A stretch of DNA of 64,000 nt from an uncultured Lentisphaerales bacterium (lineage in GTDB: Bacteria; Verrucomicrobiota; Lentisphaeria; JABSQK01; UBA12247): the NCBI GenBank assembly GCA_943788985.1, contig CALSSJ010000018.1, forward strand, positions 64,001 to 128,000, given 5' to 3'. This document shows positions 61,201-64,000 of the stretch, piece after piece. The notes beneath the pieces were generated by a model. It was given only the letters and a program-made list of their open reading frames with translations. It did not search any database and was not told where the DNA came from. The stretch's first letter is position 1, and every line of letters starts with the position of its first letter. The position numbers and the translations under genes were made by a program.

Positions 61201-63999
61201 ACCCGGATCAATGACCGGATTTAACTCAGCGCTGAACTCGGTGGTGGCATCAATGGCTTCGGCCACGCTGAAGGCACAAGTCACGCCGCTGGTGATATTG
61301 ATGGTGAGCACTCTGGTCCCAGCATCCCACACTACATCGACACCGCCGTCGCCCCGGGTATCCAGAATATGTACCTGGAAGCCGTCGAACGCATCCGTGG
61401 GTGTGGTCACCCAAAGGTCGATCTCATCATCATCTTCCTTGCCGGGAATCGTCAGGCGATGTTGCAGTTCACCCTTATCTACGTCGTCGAGCACCAAGCT
61501 AAGACTTAGCGTCTGCGCTGGCGTAATCACGCGAGCGCCGCGGCAATAGCTGGGATTGCCGAAGTGGTTATCCGCATCGAAAATCAGCGTGTTCTCAAAG
61601 GGCTTGAGGAACTTGTTGTCATCCACGGTTTGGTTTGCAATGGTGCCGGTCAGTTCGGGCGAATCGTTGATCGATAAGGTGCGGACGATTACATCGCTCG
61701 TTTGAGCACCCTCTGGCTCGCCGACCGCTGGCACACTGTCAGTGACTGAAACGGTAAAAGTCGTGATGTCGATGCTGGTCGGGAAGATTCTGTTCTGGAT
61801 CGGGGTAAACACTAAGCCGCGAACTGCAGCCGTGGCTTCGCTGCGATCACCGCTAAACACGTATCGCCGTATTGTGCTCTCTTCTGGCGTCTCGTCGTCA
61901 TAAACCAAGAGCGAATAGGTATTCGGCTCTCCCGCGAAGACTGGGATCCCCGGCGTAGTCTGTCCGCGGCTGAGATTGGTGATCCCAAGAACGACCGTCT
62001 CGCGACCCTCGACAAGCGCATCATCCAGGACCTCGATCGTCACAAGCTGGGCATCACCGTCACTGGCACCACAGGGGAAGACAATCAGAGTATCCGTGAA
62101 CGCGGTGTAATCGGCCCCGCTGGTCGCCGTCCCATTCAACGTGTCAACTATGTGGAGGTGCAGCGCCGACTGTAGCGTGCCTCCGCTGGGGATGGTGAGC
62201 TTTGCTTTCACAGGCCACCTCGTATCTGTCTCGCCGATACGATCGAAAGGCGCTTCAAAGCTAACAAAGGCACCATCGTCATCGGTAATCGAGACCACGT
62301 GCTCGCGGATTCCGCCGCGTACACCTCTGTCCACAGCAGTGATCCGCAGGCGAACGGTCTCATTCCCCTCTGTATTCCCATCGTCGATTGGATCAATAGT
62401 GACCACTTGTGTACTTCCTGCGGCGGCACCAGCAGGGAAGACTATCGCCAGAGTATGGGTGTAGTCCGACCCGTCTGTTGCCGAGCCGCCGACCACTTCG
62501 ACCGTCGCCGTGATCGGATTCGGAATGATGCCGGTGCCGTGAAGCCGAATCGGTACCTGATGGGCCGCTTCTTCGTCTGTCGTGCTACTCTTGTACTCAT
62601 CAAACGTAACGTGTGTGGAGATCTCCCGGAAACCGTTCAACGTCGTGAACCTGCCCTTGAAGCAGCTGTCGATGGTCACACTCACGGTCAACGTGTCAAG
62701 TGGATCGCCGTTGTCCCCGCCAGAGGTGACCTCGTCCACGTCCCAAATCGTCATACCAGTAAAAGGTTGAGCGGTGCTCGGTGCCACACTTGGATCATCA
62801 TTGATATCCCAGATGGTCGTCGCGCCCAGCGCGATCGTAGGCTCGTCGTTTACTGCAGTGACGGTGAGGTTCACATCCTCGATCGCGCTGGAGAATGGCG
62901 AAGTGTCGCCGGTTCCAAAGGAGCTGATATCCACCTTGGTCCCCTCCAACCCGTCGGTGGGACAATGCTGATCCCAGGCGCGCACCTGTAGCTGAGCGGC
63001 CGTGCCGTTGTCACTTGCTGGCAAGAAGCGGATCTTGTCTACCGGTCGCAGCAGCAGCGCGCTGTTTGCGTTAACAGTGCCAATGGCCGACCAAGTGACT
63101 CCGTTATCGGTTGAGAATTCGAACTGGCCGAAGCCGCCATAGGTTGCTGAATCCGCCACGTCCCGCTCTTCACCGCTATCATGCAAATGCACGATATCGC
63201 TGGCGATGATCGCAAGACCTTCTAGCGAGCCGGGATCGACGTCGGTAATCGCATCGCCACCATTTGCAGAGCTGCTCTCGATAATCGCACTGACGAAGTC
63301 ACCGTTGTTAGTGGTTGAATTCTCATCGATCGTCACCATGTCGAAGACGTTATCGTCAACCAAGCTGGGTGCGGAGTTGACGCCAAAACCAAACAAAACA
63401 TCGACCGTTGCGCCGGGTGTCAGCCCGTTTACGGCGACGGGACTGGGAGCTGTCGTGAGCACTCGGCAAGTAATCGCGGCGCTGGCGACGGTGTAGTTGC
63501 CTGGGGCAAGTCCAGTGAATTCATACGTCCCGTCTGCGATGCTGACGGTGGGCGTCGTGTTGCCGTCCGCGAGGCGCTCCAAAGTGACCGTGATGCCGGG
63601 TAGCCCAGGTTCGCCGACAGGAGAGCCGTCACCATTGAGGTCATCAAAAACCTTGCCTCGGATTGTGCCGGGAAGGAACCCGGTGTTCAGGATGAGGTAG
63701 GTCCGGTCAGTGCCCGGCTCAGTATTCGGCAGCGCATTGCCAGCTAGGTCGGTGATGTTTTGCCCGCCTGCCAGATCGAGACCTACGGTGCCGTCCAGCC
63801 CGGCGAGGTCGCCGCCAGAAACGGTAACGTCGTAGACGGCGGCCGAGACCTGGTTCACGTTGGATACGGTCGCGGTGGTTCCACTGACAGCGAAGTCCGC
63901 TGGATCAACGCTGGCGACATCCTCGCTGAAGGTGACGCGAAATACCAGTGTATCTGCATTGGTTGGCGACGTGGCCGGGTTATTGCGCTCGAAGCTGGT
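52237..63999 (-). CDS. Giant multidomain surface/adhesin-like protein, 5'-partial (>3900 aa)
   Basis: Frame open to the window edge; Ig-like, SdrD-B-like (GKVFDDLNGDG..GEPGLPG), 2 Calx-beta, cadherin-like repeats, 7 FG-GAP blades, six two-domain repeats, C-terminal GWNL/GWNV repeat. Confidence 0.9.
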   Translation of the reverse strand, partial: TSFERNNPATSPTNADTLVFRVTFSEDVASVDPADFAVSGTTATVSNVNQVSAAVYDVTVSGGDLAGLDGTVGLDLAGGQNITDLAGNALPNTEPGTDRTYLILNTGFLPGTIRGKVFDDLNGDGSPVGEPGLPGITVTLERLADGNTTPTVSIADGTYEFTGLAPGNYTVASAAITCRVLTTAPSPVAVNGLTPGATVDVLFGFGVNSAPSLVDDNVFDMVTIDENSTTNNGDFVSAIIESSSANGGDAITDVDPGSLEGLAIIASDIVHLHDSGEERDVADSATYGGFGQFEFSTDNGVTWSAIGTVNANSALLLRPVDKIRFLPASDNGTAAQLQVRAWDQHCPTDGLEGTKVDISSFGTGDTSPFSSAIEDVNLTVTAVNDEPTIALGATTIWDINDDPSVAPSTAQPFTGMTIWDVDEVTSGGDNGDPLDTLTVSVTIDSCFKGRFTTLNGFREISTHVTFDEYKSSTTDEEAAHQVPIRLHGTGIIPNPITATVEVVGGSATDGSDYTHTLAIVFPAGAAAGSTQVVTIDPIDDGNTEGNETVRLRITAVDRGVRGGIREHVVSITDDDGAFVSFEAPFDRIGETDTRWPVKAKLTIPSGGTLQSALHLHIVDTLNGTATSGADYTAFTDTLIVFPCGASDGDAQLVTIEVLDDALVEGRETVVLGITNLSRGQTTPGIPVFAGEPNTYSLLVYDDETPEESTIRRYVFSGDRSEATAAVRGLVFTPIQNRIFPTSIDITTFTVSVTDSVPAVGEPEGAQTSDVIVRTLSINDSPELTGTIANQTVDDNKFLKPFENTLIFDADNHFGNPSYCRGARVITPAQTLSLSLVLDDVDKGELQHRLTIPGKEDDDEIDLWVTTPTDAFDGFQVHILDTRGDGGVDVVWDAGTRVLTINITSGVTCAFSVAEAIDATTEFSAELNPVIDPGNNGGDPVRAMILTTNWQHLIETGVDTGTYTASGNRDAIGELLQTLTFDPAEDRVDVTQTEVSTLTVTLDDGIATAVDTDTTVISTSIGTIPQVAAHTFTVAENAAIGTIVGTVVGIDPDPDHSTLSYALRGGVAGGSGAGAFEIDANGVVRVLDDTLIDHEAADLLKLAVLATDGSAENNPSYIEQTLVPCDELFEQLFGTSVAIHGDLVVVGAQRDDDNGSEAGAAYIFRRDNFGWRQEAKVVASDGEALDHFGVSVAVSNGTVLVGAENHDGQRGAAYVYVKDGDSWIQQARLTASVREGGDFFGTSVALDGDTAVVGVPVFDGDLVNNVGAVMVFDRTGANWDLTQVLFATDFNPADYFGISVDIDGTRIAVGASGDDQASANAGAVYVFELTGGRWSEEAKLVASDGEASDAMGASVAIEGDIVVAGAPTADSTGADAGSAYIFELEEGEWNLQQTLAGAGVAAGDRFGGDVAISGDIVAVGATGHDSGATDSGAVFIFERRDGEWLPESVEQAGDAETGDAYGAALDLQGSELIVSAPFANNSNLPAIADEDAGAVYFENLDEGEICIQILDANDPPVFADQSFTVTENSANGTIVGTVDASDQDAADTLSFIFDPNTTPFTLDYATGDSRTAYLRVQTATALDFEVSSSFTLNARVSDSILSDTALLTITLTDANEAPSVADQAFTLNENQATGTIFGTTVASDPDANDSFVLTVSSGNAGGAFILDPTTFVFSVADSALLDFESTTTYTLRLLATDAGGLTDTADVTISLLDLLEPPIAADQAFTAFEDAISGAFNPLGIVQASDERSISSFQFIAGNTGSAFSIDSAGTLTAAQPLAFYEGTQDFSLTIQITDDQAQTTIITVTVTVFEVNEAPVLSAIGPQAVDETTELSFTATAADPDLPAQALTFRLDAASTALEAKIDPTTGAFSWTPTEAQGGNVYNMTVTVTDSEGATDDETIAITVGDVNSAPILSNIGTPKYVNEGTSLNFAANATDSDDPTDTLVFSLSTFAPSAPSATSPTITAGGAFEWAPQAGDAQTYTVYVVVSDGTTTDSSLLTIIVQAAGTGDTVGVIWTDLINVTNPSGSELIHDIRKEPHFGWTGAAISVQEIAGDDCFVRTTIIETDTDRLLGFGDVYNRDNRIDEFIYGVWIRSGGYLNTLRDGILEFKGNTVTYQAGDEVEVAIVGSTVVYKLNGTVFATSGRPVSRDDYPFRIEAGLQQDGATLSNVLTCPEVPASPYITGFNIQDPDESDNFFSIGDKFTITFNKATSRPAGTAAQLFQFSDSVGSLTGAWLNSSIYCATVSDTSGAAVAIGSTTVTPNLGGIGIRDATDTSAVANEVSPPLTGRFGTTKPSTVPVTWTNLRQMVTGGPNNSDVSAADVVPNVLSGATSSEVFREGDFTIAFTVEDDFEVNGRTDDSLAAAILGITNTDDVSHPDQIMFAITVGQSQYWIRERVAPELIVTIPPSGPYEGLHVAGDVFCIQVRGTAVHYLRNDTIFHTSEVALPITERPLYVGASIQNGTLSNVRYDSELLLYPPTLVAATANDDSDDDGSVDAEDTISLRMSEGTNTPGGLNSVQLRPAIDQLFTSFTDGARAGNVLGADYTGSWTNASVFSITLQDITGNQLVLDSTKFAVAGNTPILNAANTSGHATPAYGDVTLIGDFGIFKEPGVPVTWENLTNAVDGGNGTIRKTGTADLFDAEGDSSQVILSGDTFLEFRIADTDQLFHIGFRTVGQPAFTYSLDFSERHLLFVPKIRGLGRGAFGTVRHDDVVRIRIASGAVTFEVNDEVRFTEQLDEAAYPLEVYAMIFTASGEITEVRINNPALAIPPEITSVTIDDPDDADGVANLLSVGDEITVLFNKATTTPGGLVDQPNNDINGLFTFKSADDTVEVFGNDLSGRWTSTSIFVMTILNSQGNSAPEIGDVRLHPGTTAIPPAGYAALEGWVTPSPLTTGDYGVYHNLGEAIVWTNIINGTATGNTLARTSPFGGATGAISQQCIARGTRADAYIEFIATSRSGNRIFGFTRADTGVLKTDILYGAQLAGSGLFQVWEDQGLVGTFGTWNDGDEIRVALTRTQQVQYLVNDTVRYTSQRSAVAVERDLPFYVDAYIHKTEAQTVSNAIISSPPEPRSLIQSDPGLAGIDYLLTITMTRACDQPGGSGPHGSSVVNQLWTFDADIGDAYQAGWTNSTTYVISVTDDEDATLESGVTTVTAAGTLPIKQEGPTNFSPQANGFAVLQGLFAKDENGVPIVWDGVREAVVDADNSLVGSASANEWDPLGCSSSSLSAGDGFVQFTVGNSDHSLVVGFVQPRSLRAINQHGNIVIEGYEFGVRITNATSHLLPVDNGITVSQPLAVVSPDDVIRMEYSGGLRIITLNGIRLYTSPRAVTNDVYPVLACANLATQGAVLYNTRISWTKRPVISSFIAGDFDHQDDTYSAGDYFQITFGTDTDRGGHGGNYVGQAGVDELFTIENLFNGGLQNFGASYNGRWINAHTFQIEIADVTNAAGIEIGKLRVKPAGTRPILDAVDPGSPADSASPVLEGTFGILNRVAWVDAVDATIYGHTLTRETFALGDDLWKAGAHSSSILAAGSASVTITANATDEIRAIGFTSQTNVVIGPYHEVTTLEFGVTLERGDTLHTYHTPPGRYTRHIGTYAVGDEITVALDGTTYTVSVNGGAPLHSYTPPTGPGYPLRVRGSILFGTLQDAIATIPNPTATPRITSFVSDGNNDGVLSDGDSLEITFDSPTNTPPAAGNLWQTKIVDDLFTFSEDLDADLIGSWSSASVFNIRAVDVRSSSIAVGLTTVKPNPNGPRPIRSADGASFRSFETSTMLTGTMRQGGSSEAVVESATILLNPGWNLVSVPLTPLQPAASLVFPTANQVMALIDDDWAQTDTIEVGSGYLVFHSGNATSVTLLGERSSGSVSLDPGWNVVGVGATQAVPAGAVARAQNGDRHETVDVLEEGKGYWIYVEQPATLSW

Positions 64000-64000
64000 A

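Overview
GC-rich bacterial window whose gene content (sulfatases, ThuA, DUF1080, PVC-type heme-binding protein, Tat-exported Gfo/Idh/MocA enzymes) points to the PVC superphylum, possibly Lentisphaerae/Kiritimatiellae-like (inference). It contains: (1) a housekeeping operon nrdA-pyrF-nrdB-UPF0104-topB behind two NrdR boxes, in which NrdB has the residues of tyrosyl-radical-free class Ic (Mn/Fe) R2; (2) a carbohydrate locus (GH95-like, ThuA-like, cytochrome-fused dehydrogenase, sugar ABC binding protein and permeases, diheme cytochrome c, sulfatases); (3) a ~16 kb same-strand cluster joining Tat-exported Gfo/Idh/MocA oxidoreductases, ThuA, HEAT protein, MFS and DUF1080 with a membrane-anchored 7-heme cytochrome, ApbE, a discoidin protein and a GT-C (Agl23-like) protein, the best candidate for an undescribed system; (4) a His-rich CxxC/RGPP (DUF2946-like) leader gene with a Fur-type operator and a hairpin ahead of a His-rich outer-membrane protein; (5) the 3' ~11.8 kb of a giant adhesin-like gene running off the window. 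Many eroded pseudogenes lie between these blocks. I saw no rRNA, tRNA or CRISPR array. All family calls come from motif recognition by eye, not from database searches.
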